The position numbers and the translations under genes are program-made. From the NCBI GenBank assembly GCA_947259365.1, contig CAMYMC010000021.1, positions 135,816 to 199,815 on the forward strand: a DNA stretch of 64,000 nucleotides, written 5' to 3'. This document shows positions 1 to 9,701 of the stretch, piece by piece; position 1 is the first letter of the stretch; every line of letters begins with the position of its first letter. The notes below the pieces were generated by a model that saw only the letters and a program-made list of their open reading frames with translations, had not been told where the DNA came from and ran no database searches. The DNA comes from an uncultured Acidimicrobiaceae bacterium (lineage in GTDB: Bacteria; Actinomycetota; Acidimicrobiia; Spongiisociales; UBA5794).

Positions 1-122
1 TCCCGCCGTCACTGCTCCGACACCTGCACGACCCGGGAGAACGTCGCCGCCCACCGGAGGCGGCGGCGTTCGCTCTGACCGCGCGCCTGTGCCCGGCTGC
101 GCCCTGGTACGTTGAGTGATCG

Positions 123-1214
123 ATGTCGATCCGGTTCTCGTCGACCCGCCCCCTCCTCGTCCTGCGCGGGCTCGTCGCGGACCGGGAGCGGCCGCCGCTG
201 GCCAGGTTGAGCGCGATCTCCGACCCCGAGCGGTTCGTGTGGGCCGTGTTGCCGCACGCGGCGCGGACGTTTGCGACGAGCATCGTGGTGCTTCCCGAGC
301 CTGAAGCTCGCGCCGCCGCCGTCGCCTACCTCTACTGCCGGATGCTCGATACGTACGAGGACCTCCACCCCGACCGCGAGGCGAGACTCGAAGCCCTCCG
401 CAGCTTCTCCGCCCGCTTCGACGGTGACGCCCTCGAGACGCCGCCGCCGGTACCGGGGACGCTCGCCGCCGGCGATCGCGACCGGCTGCACCTTCTGCTC
501 GTCGCACGCTGCGGTCTCGTCGACACCGTCTACCGCGCCCTCCCCGGCTCCGTGCGCGCCTCCATTCGCCGGCTCGTCGCGTCGATGGCCGCCGGGATGG
601 CCTGGTCGGCCGAGACGTTTGCTCGTCAGGGCGGCATCCTCACCGACGCCGACCAGCTCGCCGCGTACTGTCACAACGTCATCGGGCATCCGGCGGTCTT
701 CACTCTCGAGCTCCTCGAGCACCAGGATCCCGATGCTCAGGCCCGCCGCGACGCGTTCGACGTCGGCGAGATGATCCAGCTCGCCAACGTCACGCGGGAC
801 ATCGAGCGCGACCTCGAGCGAGGGGTCGCCTACCACCCGCTCCTCGGTCCCCACCTGGGAGGAGGTGCGGACTCAGCGGCGCGGGTCGAAGCGGTGAGAG
901 CGGTGCGGCGGCTCCTCACCCATCGCGCCCTACGCCGCGCCCCCGCATACTCGAGGCTGTACGCCCGCAGCGGCGCAACGCAGCGGCCCTCGGTGCGGCT
1001 CGCTGCGGCTCTCATGCTGTTGTTCACCGACCTCCACTACCGGCGATCCCTCGAGCGCGTCGGGGAGGTGCCCTGGCCGGGCCCGGGCACGAAGCTCGGC
1101 GTCGTCGCAGCCGCACTTCCCGCTCTCGTCTCTGCCAGGCGGGCCGGAACGATGATCACGAGGGTCGAGCGCGCGTTCCTCGCCGCGGCGGCGAGGGGCG
1201 ACGCGCCGGCGTGA
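123..1214 (+). CDS. squalene/phytoene synthase family protein
   Basis: 363-aa ORF in the high-GC3 frame. It carries AVAYLYCRMLDTYED and QLANVTRDIERDLERG, which resemble the two Asp-rich motifs of head-to-head isoprenoid synthases. Confidence 0.7.
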   Translation: MSIRFSSTRPLLVLRGLVADRERPPLARLSAISDPERFVWAVLPHAARTFATSIVVLPEPEARAAAVAYLYCRMLDTYEDLHPDREARLEALRSFSARFDGDALETPPPVPGTLAAGDRDRLHLLLVARCGLVDTVYRALPGSVRASIRRLVASMAAGMAWSAETFARQGGILTDADQLAAYCHNVIGHPAVFTLELLEHQDPDAQARRDAFDVGEMIQLANVTRDIERDLERGVAYHPLLGPHLGGGADSAARVEAVRAVRRLLTHRALRRAPAYSRLYARSGATQRPSVRLAAALMLLFTDLHYRRSLERVGEVPWPGPGTKLGVVAAALPALVSARRAGTMITRVERAFLAAAARGDAPA

Positions 1215-1232
1215 CCGGCGCTCCCGGGGACG

Positions 1233-1652
1233 TCAGCCGGGGAGGTGGTAGCTGGCGGATGCGTGGGCGACGATCCGGTCCCGCTCCCCGTCCATGAAGA
1301 GGTCGACGTCGGCAAAAGCGACCCGGCGGCCGATCTTGCGCAGCCGGGCCTCAGCGAGAACGTCGCGGCCGATGGCCGGCCGGAGGAAGTTGATCTTCAG
1401 CTCGTTCGTCACGGCGAGCGGCACGATGCCCGACCGGCTGAACATGGCGATGAAGACGGCGACGTCGGCAAGGGCCATGAGCGTGCCGCCGTTGATGAAG
1501 CCACCGGGTCGGGTCCAGCGCTCGGTGTAGCTGAACCGAGCGACACCGAGGTCGAGCGCGATCGCCTCGCAGGTGATCTCGAGTTCACGGCAGAAGGGGA
1601 GCTCGGCGTCGAAGAACGCACGCACCTCATCGAGCGTCACTGCCGGCTCCAT
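1233..1652 (-). CDS. PaaI-family hotdog-fold thioesterase
   Basis: The C-terminal 139 aa of the 221-aa track ORF look protein-like (GGFINGGTLMALADVAVF, NELKINFLRP). Start set at the internal ATG (MEPAVTLDEV) because the upstream part is Arg/Pro-rich. Confidence 0.7.
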   Translation of the reverse strand: MEPAVTLDEVRAFFDAELPFCRELEITCEAIALDLGVARFSYTERWTRPGGFINGGTLMALADVAVFIAMFSRSGIVPLAVTNELKINFLRPAIGRDVLAEARLRKIGRRVAFADVDLFMDGERDRIVAHASASYHLPG

Positions 1653-1911
1653 CGGCGGCAACGCTATCAGGCCGCAGGACACGGGAGCGGATCGGCGGGA
1701 CGGAAGGCGGGAGCGGCATCGTCGTTCCATGCCAGCAAGCGCTGGGCCTGGTGGCGACGGGTCGAGCGTGGCGCCGGATCGGTCGCGACCGTTCTCGACG
1801 CCGGGCTGTGATGCGGGCCGGGTCCGCCGCTCCATCCGCCCGGGCATCCGGGCGCAACGACCCGTTATAACCGGGGCCTCGCTAGCGTCGACGCCCACCG
1901 GGAGGAGACGA

Positions 1912-2733
1912 ATGCCCGATCTCAGCCGCAGAGTGTTCCTCGGCCGGCTCGGACGCGCCTCGTTCGCCGTCGCCGTACTCGGGATCGCCGCCTGCGGGGA
2001 CGACGATGCGTCACCTGGGGACGACGGTGCGGCGTCGCCGGCGACGTCGAGCCCACCGGCAGCCGACCCACCGGCAACGCAGGTCCCGACGACGACGCTC
2101 GAACAGCCCGCCGAGCCTACGACCGCGACGACCGAGGCCGTCGCCGCCGGCGTCGAGTGGCAGCGGGTATCGCTCGGGTTCGTCTCGGCCTATGTGCTCG
2201 TTCGGGGTGGGGAGGCAGCCGTGGTCGACACGGGTGTGTCGGGGAGCGCCGACGACATCGAGGCCGGCCTCGGCGGTCTCGGGCTCGGGTGGGACGACGT
2301 CGGTCACGTCATCCTCACCCACCTCCACGGCGACCACATCGGCAGCGTCGAAGATGTCATGGACCGGGCGGCGGACGCCGCCGGGTACGCCGGCGAGGCC
2401 GACATCCCCTCGATCCCGGCGCCACGGCCTCTCGTCCCTGTTGGCGATGGCGATCGGGTCTTCGATCTGGACATCATCGCGACCCCGGGCCACACCCCCG
2501 GCCACATCAGCGTGCACGACCCCGTCGGCGGGATCCTCGTCGCCGGGGACGCTCTCATCGGCGAGGGCGGCGGTGTCGTGGGTCCCAGCGCTCAGTTCAG
2601 CGACGACATGCCGACCGCCCTCGAGTCGGCGAGAAAGCTCGGCGCGCTCGAGTTCGAGATCGCCCTCTTCGGCCACGGTGATCCAGTCCTCACCGGGGCG
2701 TCAGGCCTCGTCGCCGCCCTCTTTTCCGACTAA
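1912..2733 (+). CDS. MBL-fold metallo-hydrolase with Tat/lipoprotein-type signal
   Basis: ATG is preceded by GGAGGAGACGA. N-terminus is MPDLSRRVFLGRLG...LGIAAC (twin-Arg plus lipobox). THLHGDH metal motif and TPGHTPGH are present. Confidence 0.85.
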   Translation: MPDLSRRVFLGRLGRASFAVAVLGIAACGDDDASPGDDGAASPATSSPPAADPPATQVPTTTLEQPAEPTTATTEAVAAGVEWQRVSLGFVSAYVLVRGGEAAVVDTGVSGSADDIEAGLGGLGLGWDDVGHVILTHLHGDHIGSVEDVMDRAADAAGYAGEADIPSIPAPRPLVPVGDGDRVFDLDIIATPGHTPGHISVHDPVGGILVAGDALIGEGGGVVGPSAQFSDDMPTALESARKLGALEFEIALFGHGDPVLTGASGLVAALFSD

Positions 2734-2756
2734 GCGAACCGGGCGACTGCCATCGA

Positions 2757-2792
2757 ACACACAAAAGGCCCCCGGAGGGGCCTCTCGTGTGT
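2757..2792. terminator. bidirectional terminator-like hairpin between convergent genes
   Basis: ACACAC-AAA-AGGCCCC-CGGA-GGGGCCT-CTC-GTGTGT. A 7-bp GC stem with a tetraloop, plus a 6-bp outer stem, lies between the stops at 2733 (+) and 2810 (-). Confidence 0.5.
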
Positions 2793-2809
2793 CCGGCTCC
2801 CGGTGCGTC

Positions 2810-5800
2810 TCAGCTGCACCCCTTCGAGTCCCCGCAGTTGAGGCACCGGTAGCACGACCCGTTCCTGATCGTGATGTGGCCGCAGGTGTCGCACAGCGGC
2901 GCATCCCCCATCTTGTCGGCAAGCGCTGCCTGGACCGCCGCGGTGCGGACATCTGTCGTCGCATCGATGGTGGCGACGGGGGCGTGCCGCCCGCCGTTGC
3001 CCGCCGCTCTGGTGCCGGACGGCGTCGCGGTTGGGTTCGCCATCGCCCCCGGACCGGGCGAGAGCTCCTTGACGCTCGTCGGCTCGCCGTCTGCGAACTC
3101 CGCTGCCCTCGCTACCGCGGTGAGATCGTCCTCCATCGCCGCTTCCTCGAGACCGAGCTGGACCCCGGCTTCGACGGCGATGCCCCGCGGCGGCTCGGGG
3201 AGCTCGCTGCTGCGATCCGGCGGCACCTGGGCGAGCTCGTCGCGCTCGAGGTACTCGACGCCGAGGGCGCGGAACACATAATCGATGATCGAGTTCGCCA
3301 TCTTGATGTTCGGGTGACCCTCCACCATCCCTCGCGGCTCGAACGTCTGGAAGGTGAACGTGTCGACGAACTCCTCGAGGGGCACGCCGTACTGGAGACC
3401 CTTCGAGACCGCGATGGCGAAGCAGGACAGCACCCCGCGCAGGGTCGCTCCTTCCTTGGCGAGATCGATGAACAGCTCCCCGAGGGTTCCGTCCGAGTAC
3501 TCGCCGGTGCGGAGGAAGATCTTGTGGCCCCCCACCCTGGCCTCCTGAGTGAAACCGGATCTGCGAGCGGGGAGCAGGAACCGGGGGCGGGACAGGTCGG
3601 AGTAGGCCTGCGACGGTGAGATGCCGGGAGCGAACATCCCGGCGTGGATCATCGTCTCGGTCTGGATCGCCTCCTCGACGGCATCCGCAGTGTCGGCGTC
3701 CATGTCATCGGATGCGCCCTCCTCGGCGTTGGCCGACAGCGGCTGGGACGCCTTCGAGCCGTCTCGGTACAGCGCCATCGCCTTGAGACCGAGCTCCCAC
3801 GACATGCGGTAGGCCTCCTCGATGTCGTCCACCGTGATGTCGTTCGGCATGTTGATCGTCTTCGAGATCGCTCCCGAGATGAAGGGCTGGGCGGCGGCCA
3901 TCATCTTGATGTGCCCGACGTGGTGGATGAAGCGCTCGCCGTACTTCCCGTTGCGATTGGCGCAGTCGAAGACGCCGAGGTGCTCGTCGGCGAGGCTCGG
4001 GGCACCCTCGATGGTCTGTCGCCCGCACACGTAGTCGTTGGCGGCGCGAATCTCGTCGTTGGTGAAGCCGAGGGCATGCAGCATGTCGAACCCGGGAGCG
4101 TCGTACTCGGCGGGGGCGAAGCCGAGCCGCAGCATCGTCTCCTCTCCGAGCGTCCACCGGTTGAAGGCGAACCGGAGCTCGAAGACGCCCGGCAGCACCG
4201 CTTGGACCTTCTCGATGTCCTCGGCCCGGAAGCCCTTGGCGATGAGGGCTGATGTGTTGACGTGCGGCGCCCGGTTGAGGTCCATCGTTCCGATGACGTA
4301 CTCGACGATCTGGTCGATCTGTTGCTCGGTGTAGCCGAGCCGGCGCAGGGCCGGTGTCACGGACTGGTTGACGATCTTGAAGTACCCGCCTCCTGCCAGC
4401 TTCTTGAACTTGACGAGAGCGAAGTCGGGTTCGACGCCGGTCGTGTCGCAGTCCATGAGGAGCCCGATCGTCCCGGTCGGGGCGAGCACGGTGGCCTGGG
4501 CGTTGCGGTACCCGTACTCCTCGCCGAGCTTGACCGCGATGTTCCACGCGTTCTGCGCCTCGTGCAGCAAGTCGTTGGGGCAATGGTCGGGGTCGATGCC
4601 GACGACACGATGATCGATGTCCTCGTAGGCGTCCACCTCGGTGTTGTAGGCGGCGCGCTTGTGGTTGCGCATCACCCTGAGCATGGCGTCACGGTTCTCC
4701 TCGAACCGGGGGTACGGACCGAGCACCGACGCCATCTCGGCCGACGCCGTGTAGGCGTAGCCGGTGAGGATCGCGGTGAGCGCCCCGGCGATGGCGCGGC
4801 CCTCGTCGGAGTCGTACGCGATCCCCATCCGCATGAGCAGCGAGCCGAGGTTGGCGTAGCCGAGCCCGAGGGTCCGGTAGTCGTACGAGCCTCGGGCGAT
4901 CTCCCGCGAGGGGAATTGAGCCATCGTCACCGAGGTCTCGAGCACGATCGTCCACAGCCGGATGGCATGCCGGTAGCTCTCGAGGTCGAAGGCGCCGGTC
5001 TCGTCCGAGTAGAAGCTGCCCAGGTTCAACGAGGCGAGATTGCAGGCGGTGTTGTCGAGGAACACGTACTCGCTGCACGGGTTCGTCGCGTTGATCCGGC
5101 CGCCTGCGGGCGCGGTGTGCCACTGCTGGATGGTCGTGTCGAACTGGACCCCGGGGTCGGCGCATTGCCACGCCGCCCTCGCGATCTGGTGCCACAGGTG
5201 GCGGGCCTTGACGGTCCTCATGACGGATCCGTCGGTGCGGGCCGTGAGGTCCCAGTCGCCGTCGGCGAGGACGGCCTCGATGAACTCGTTGGAGAGCCGC
5301 ACCGAGTTGTTCGAGTTCTGCCCGGAGACGGTGGCATAGGCCTCGCCGTTGAAGTCGGCCGGATACCCGGCACCGACGAGGGCGCGAACCTTGTCCTCCT
5401 CGAGCGCCTTCCAGGTGATGAAGCTCTCGATGTCGGGGTGGTCGACGTCGAGGATGACCATCTTGGCGGCGCGGCGGGTGGTGCCGCCGGACTTGATCGC
5501 CCCGGCGGCGCGATCGCCCACCTTGAGAAAGCTCATGAGCCCCGACGACTTGCCCCCGCCCGAGAGCGGCTCGCCCTCGGCACGCAGGCGGGAGAAGTTC
5601 GTGCCGGTTCCGCTGCCGAACTTGAACAGGCGCGCCTCACGGACCCACAGATCCATGATGCCGCCCGCGTTGACGAGGTCGTCGTCGACGCTGTTGATGA
5701 AACACGCGTGGGGCGCCGGCCTGCTGTACGAATCGGGGGACGCTGTGAGCTCCTCGGTCTCGGGATCGACGTACCAGAAGCCCTGGGGCGGCCCGGCGAT

Positions 5801-6262
5801 GCCGTAGCGGTGATGGAGCCCGGTGTTGAACCATTGCGGCGAGTTGGGCGCCGCCATCTGGTGGAGGAGCATGTAGGCGAGCTCGTCCTCGAAGGCGTCG
5901 GCGTCGCTGCTCGTGGCGAAGTAGCCGTGGCGCTCACCCCACCACCGCCACGTCGAGGCGAGGCGGTCGATGACCTGGCGGGCGGAGCGCTCGGGTCCCA
6001 GCACGGGTTCCCCGTCGTCGTCGAGCAACGGATTCCCGGTCTCGTCGAGCTGGGGGACACCCGCCTTGCGGAAGTACTTCGAGACCATGATGTCCGCCGC
6101 CACCTGGGACCATTGATCCGGGATCTCGGCATCCTTCATCTCGAAGACGATGGAGCCGTCCGGGTTGGAGATGCGGGAGTCGCGACGGGTCCACTCGACG
6201 GTCCCGTAGACGTCCTGGCCCTCTGTCGTGAATCGACGTTCGACGCGGAGACCTCTCGTCAT
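2810..6262 (-). CDS. nrdJ: vitamin B12-dependent (class II) ribonucleoside-diphosphate reductase
   Basis: About 1150 aa with N-terminus MTRGLRVERRFTTEGQDVYGTVEWTRRDSRISNPDG and a C-terminal Cys-rich tail CDTCGHITIRNGSCYRCLNCG. The chosen ATG has GGGAGGG upstream. Confidence 0.93.
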   Translation of the reverse strand: MTRGLRVERRFTTEGQDVYGTVEWTRRDSRISNPDGSIVFEMKDAEIPDQWSQVAADIMVSKYFRKAGVPQLDETGNPLLDDDGEPVLGPERSARQVIDRLASTWRWWGERHGYFATSSDADAFEDELAYMLLHQMAAPNSPQWFNTGLHHRYGIAGPPQGFWYVDPETEELTASPDSYSRPAPHACFINSVDDDLVNAGGIMDLWVREARLFKFGSGTGTNFSRLRAEGEPLSGGGKSSGLMSFLKVGDRAAGAIKSGGTTRRAAKMVILDVDHPDIESFITWKALEEDKVRALVGAGYPADFNGEAYATVSGQNSNNSVRLSNEFIEAVLADGDWDLTARTDGSVMRTVKARHLWHQIARAAWQCADPGVQFDTTIQQWHTAPAGGRINATNPCSEYVFLDNTACNLASLNLGSFYSDETGAFDLESYRHAIRLWTIVLETSVTMAQFPSREIARGSYDYRTLGLGYANLGSLLMRMGIAYDSDEGRAIAGALTAILTGYAYTASAEMASVLGPYPRFEENRDAMLRVMRNHKRAAYNTEVDAYEDIDHRVVGIDPDHCPNDLLHEAQNAWNIAVKLGEEYGYRNAQATVLAPTGTIGLLMDCDTTGVEPDFALVKFKKLAGGGYFKIVNQSVTPALRRLGYTEQQIDQIVEYVIGTMDLNRAPHVNTSALIAKGFRAEDIEKVQAVLPGVFELRFAFNRWTLGEETMLRLGFAPAEYDAPGFDMLHALGFTNDEIRAANDYVCGRQTIEGAPSLADEHLGVFDCANRNGKYGERFIHHVGHIKMMAAAQPFISGAISKTINMPNDITVDDIEEAYRMSWELGLKAMALYRDGSKASQPLSANAEEGASDDMDADTADAVEEAIQTETMIHAGMFAPGISPSQAYSDLSRPRFLLPARRSGFTQEARVGGHKIFLRTGEYSDGTLGELFIDLAKEGATLRGVLSCFAIAVSKGLQYGVPLEEFVDTFTFQTFEPRGMVEGHPNIKMANSIIDYVFRALGVEYLERDELAQVPPDRSSELPEPPRGIAVEAGVQLGLEEAAMEDDLTAVARAAEFADGEPTSVKELSPGPGAMANPTATPSGTRAAGNGGRHAPVATIDATTDVRTAAVQAALADKMGDAPLCDTCGHITIRNGSCYRCLNCGDSKGCS

Positions 6263-6324
6263 CCTGCACCCTCCCAAGGCAGTCCGGCCCTCACCTGCGT
6301 GGTTGTCCACAATGTTGTCCACAC

Positions 6325-6372
6325 CCACAACATCTTGTGGTGGGGAAGCGGCTGGGGCCCAAGATGTTGCGC
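6325..6372 (-). promoter_or_regulatory. pair of NrdR-box-like palindromes upstream of nrdJ
   Basis: CCACAACATCTTGTGG (6325-6340, plus strand) and GCGCAACATCTTGGGC (6357-6372, read on the minus strand) share the 10-nt core CAACATCTTG. Their centres are 32 bp apart. A third, weaker copy CCACAATGTTGTCC lies at 6307-6320. Confidence 0.55.
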
Positions 6373-6385
6373 AGTTGGACACACG

Positions 6386-6415
6386 ACTGTAATTACGCGC
6401 GTGTCATTCTGTCAA
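6386..6415 (-). promoter_or_regulatory. candidate sigma70-type promoter of nrdJ
   Basis: On the minus strand: TTGACA (6415-6410), an 18-nt spacer, then TACAGT (6391-6386). It sits directly upstream of the NrdR-like boxes. Confidence 0.4.
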
Positions 6416-6709
6416 GCAACCCGACCCGGCGCCGGGCGTGGGGGAAGCTCCGAGGGAAGCTGGCGCCGTTTGTACCGCCGGGAGCACACCTCCGGCAACC
6501 GCCGCAGCTGGTTTTGTTTCGCGTTGCGCGCCCCGTTTTCGCGGCCGGGTGCGGCACGGCTCTCAGCTGGACGATCGGCGGCGTCGATTCGGACCGTTCC
6601 CGTTCGTCGTCCCGGCGAAGATCCCGGAACGGATGTCGCACCCGCCGAGTAGGTTCGAAGAGGCTGCTCGAAGAGGGGGCAGTCCGCCGCACACGAGGAG
6701 GAGGACTCG

Positions 6710-7495
6710 ATGCCGCATCGCTCGTCGTACGCCGAGGGAACGCCGAGCTGGGTCGACCTGTCGACCCCGGATCCCGAGGCGTCCAAAGCCTTCTACGCCG
6801 GCCTGTTCGGCTGGAGCTGGGAGGACCAGCATCAGGAGGGCCAGTACATCTATTCGATCGCGTCGCTCGACGGCGCCCAGGTCGCCGGGCTCGGCCCCCA
6901 GCCCGAGGAGATGACCCGTCAGGGTATGCCACCGTTGTGGAACACATATCTCGCCGCGGACAGCTGCGACGGCTGCACCCAGCGCGCCGTCGACGCCGGT
7001 GGGAAGACGATCGTCGAGCCCATGGACGTCATGGACGCCGGCCGTATGGCGTTCATCGCCGACACCCAGGGAGCGGTCTTCGGTCTCTGGGAGGCGGGCA
7101 CCCACCGTGGCGCCGAGAAGGTGACCGAGCCGGGCGCGTTCACCTGGGCGGAGCTCTACGTTCCCGACACCGAGGCTGCGGCACGCTTCTACGAGGCCAC
7201 CGTCGGACTCGGCGCCGAAGCGGCCGACATGGGTGAGATGCCGTACACGACGTGGAAGGTCGGCGACGCAGTCGTCGGCGGGACGATGCCGCCGCCGATG
7301 CCGGGGATTCCGAACCACTGGCACGTGTACTTCGGCGCCTCCGACACCGCTGGCCTCGTCGCCCGCGCTCGCGAGCTCGGAGCCACGGTGCTCGTCGAGC
7401 CGATGGACACACCGGTCGGCGCGATGGCAACCATCCAGGACCCCCAGGGAGGCGCGTTCTCGGTCATCCAGCTCAACGAGTGGCCCACCGGGTGA
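6710..7495 (+). CDS. VOC (glyoxalase/bleomycin-resistance fold) family protein, two-domain
   Basis: 261 aa with RBS GAGGAGGAGG upstream. The half-motifs are repeated (FYAGLFGW..., FYEATVGL..., and the P.G..A.I.DPQGA.F type). Confidence 0.8.
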   Translation: MPHRSSYAEGTPSWVDLSTPDPEASKAFYAGLFGWSWEDQHQEGQYIYSIASLDGAQVAGLGPQPEEMTRQGMPPLWNTYLAADSCDGCTQRAVDAGGKTIVEPMDVMDAGRMAFIADTQGAVFGLWEAGTHRGAEKVTEPGAFTWAELYVPDTEAAARFYEATVGLGAEAADMGEMPYTTWKVGDAVVGGTMPPPMPGIPNHWHVYFGASDTAGLVARARELGATVLVEPMDTPVGAMATIQDPQGGAFSVIQLNEWPTG

Positions 7496-7510
7496 GGTGA
7501 CCCGGCTCGA

Positions 7511-7547
7511 ACGCGGAGAGCCCCGCTACGGCGGGGCTCTCTCGCGT
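7511..7547. terminator. terminator-like hairpin between convergent genes
   Basis: GAGAGCCCCGC-TACG-GCGGGGCTCTC forms a perfect 11-bp stem, extended by ACGCG/CGCGT. Confidence 0.6.
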
Positions 7548-7569
7548 CGTGGGTGGTCGGCTGCGGGCC

Positions 7570-9624
7570 TCAGGCGCTGAAGGGGACCCACACCTGGTCG
7601 TCGAGGGAGTCGAGATCGCTCTCGAGGATCCCCTTGAGCGAGACCGTGAACAGCGAGTCGTCGACGACGACGCTGCGCTGGATCTGCGCCATCCAGTCCC
7701 ATGCGTCACCGTCCGAGGATCCGCCGGGGTGGGTGATCTTGCCCATCGGCCTCAACTCGCCTTCGGGATCGACGTCGACGCCGAAGGCTCCGAAGAACAC
7801 TTCCTCTTTGCCGGAGCGCTCGTCCCAGCTCCACGACTGGACGGGGAGCACGGTGAGACCGGTCTCGGGCCAGTGGAGGAACGCCCGGTGGTCGTACTCG
7901 ACGCTGGAGTTGCCCTCGCCGAGCGTGATCTGGTCGATGCGGCGCGGGTTCTCGAGGTCGCTGATGTCGAACAGCGAGACCTGGGTGCCGAGCGTCCGGC
8001 CCTCTTCGGTGGCGTCCTGGCCGACGCCGAGGAGCAGGCCGTCCGAGACCGGGTGCAGGTAGGCGGAGTAGCCGAGGATCTTCAGCTCACCCGTCACCTT
8101 GGGAGCGGTCGGCTCGGAGAGGTCGATCGTGTAGAGCGGGTCGGTCTGGCGGAACGTGACGACGTAGCCCACGTCGCCCATGAAGCGGACCGAGTAGATC
8201 TGCTCGCCCTTGCCCAGGCCGTCCACGACGCCGATGCGCTCGAGGATCCCGTCGACTGGCTGGAGCACACTGACGAGGGATTCCGACTCGCGACCTTCGT
8301 TCCACCACCAGTTGGGGCTCGTTGTCGAGGCGACTCGCAGATAGCCCTTGTGCTCTGACATGGCGAACTGGTTGAGGAGGAACCCGGTCACCTCACCGGA
8401 GGCGACATAGTCGGTCCGCTCTTCACGGGAGATGTCGAACTGGTGGATGGCGGTGCGGACGGTGTCGATCTCCTCTTCGATCGAGGCCTCGTCCTCGAAC
8501 ACCGCCCAGTCGATCCACCGCTGGGTGGCGACGTACAGCGAGTCCGTCGACGCGTACACCGTCTGCCCGCTCGCCAGGACGCCGGTGGCGTCGACGATGT
8601 CGAGCCCGTTGTCCAGATCCACGGTGATGACGTTGAGCATGCCGAGGCCGGAGAACTCGACTGGGTGGTTCGCCCGGTCGCACTCGATGAGGTTGCCCTC
8701 GGCCACCACGGTGCCCCGGCCGTTCGTCATCACGAAGTAGGGAACCCAGTTGTCGACCGTCGAGTTGCGGATGATCTCCTTGTTCTTCTCCAGCGCGGTG
8801 CGCTCGGCGCGGAGACCACCGCCCTCCGGGTAGGCCCACACGAGCCCGGTCGGACCGGAGTTGACGACGACCCTGACCGTGTCGTCGACCATGCGGGCGC
8901 TCAGGTAGCTGCCGTCGAGCTCGAGGATGCGGACGATCTCCATGGCGTCGGGGTCGGAGATGTCGATCTCGACGAGGTCGGCGGTCGGAGACTCGTAGTA
9001 CGGGTAGTAGTCGGGAGCGATGAGCGCCTCCGACTCGATTGCCGGGGCGGCGAGGTGGGTACGCCAGTTCGCCCCCATCAGCAGGACCGTGTCATCGGAG
9101 AGGAACATGTCCTGGACGTAGCGATCGCCGAGGGGCAGGGACCCGACGAGGCGTGGTGTCGCCGAGGCGACGTCGACGACGAACAGTGTGTTCTGGCTCA
9201 GGGCGACGATTCGGCGGCCGTCGGTCTTGACGATGTCGGGCTCGTCGACGCCGAGCTCCTGGACGTTCGTTCCCGAGTAGTCGACGCCTTCGACGCGACC
9301 TTCAGCCTGGGGGAACGACGCGGCGACCGTCGTTGCCGGAGCGGCGGCGTCCTCGGCGACTCCTCTTCCGGCGAGCGGCATCGGGAAGCCGAACCCGCCG
9401 TCGAGCCCCCACGGGGTCACGAGGTCGAGCGCATGGGTCTTCACGTACTCGAGGAACCCGTCGCACGCCTCGAATGGGACGAGCGAGAACGCGGCGGGCT
9501 CGCCGCGCTGGGTTGCCACCGTGCCGACGGTGATCCCACGCGTGGTAGGTGGCGCATCGGTCGTGTTCGTGCACGCAGCCATCACCACGGCGGTGGCGAT
9601 GAGAGTGATCGTGAGGCGTCGCAT
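7570..9624 (-). CDS. secreted beta-propeller domain-containing protein (lipoprotein-like signal)
   Basis: 684 aa. N-terminus is MRRLTITLIATAVVMAAC. The C-terminal region YSVRFMGDVGYVVTFRQTDPLYTIDLSEPTAPKVTGELKILGYSAYLHP matches my recollection of the Beta_propel family. Confidence 0.75.
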   Translation of the reverse strand: MRRLTITLIATAVVMAACTNTTDAPPTTRGITVGTVATQRGEPAAFSLVPFEACDGFLEYVKTHALDLVTPWGLDGGFGFPMPLAGRGVAEDAAAPATTVAASFPQAEGRVEGVDYSGTNVQELGVDEPDIVKTDGRRIVALSQNTLFVVDVASATPRLVGSLPLGDRYVQDMFLSDDTVLLMGANWRTHLAAPAIESEALIAPDYYPYYESPTADLVEIDISDPDAMEIVRILELDGSYLSARMVDDTVRVVVNSGPTGLVWAYPEGGGLRAERTALEKNKEIIRNSTVDNWVPYFVMTNGRGTVVAEGNLIECDRANHPVEFSGLGMLNVITVDLDNGLDIVDATGVLASGQTVYASTDSLYVATQRWIDWAVFEDEASIEEEIDTVRTAIHQFDISREERTDYVASGEVTGFLLNQFAMSEHKGYLRVASTTSPNWWWNEGRESESLVSVLQPVDGILERIGVVDGLGKGEQIYSVRFMGDVGYVVTFRQTDPLYTIDLSEPTAPKVTGELKILGYSAYLHPVSDGLLLGVGQDATEEGRTLGTQVSLFDISDLENPRRIDQITLGEGNSSVEYDHRAFLHWPETGLTVLPVQSWSWDERSGKEEVFFGAFGVDVDPEGELRPMGKITHPGGSSDGDAWDWMAQIQRSVVVDDSLFTVSLKGILESDLDSLDDQVWVPFSA

Positions 9625-9701
9625 TGCCGGCTCCCGGTCTTGTCGTCCTGGTCGCAGCTACGACGACCGGGCGGACCTGGCGGGTTCCCGGGTCGAGAGC
9701 G

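Noticed and set aside
4262-6652. 796-aa plus-strand ORF overlapping nrdJ
   Set aside because: It is an antisense shadow ORF with Arg/Gly/Val/Asp-rich low-complexity translation. The minus-strand nrdJ reading has unmistakable family motifs.
6263-6709. Riboswitch (for example cobalamin) in the long region between nrdJ and the VOC gene
   Set aside because: No B12-box-like element was recognised. The region is better explained by the nrdJ promoter plus the NrdR boxes. A proper covariance-model scan was not possible.
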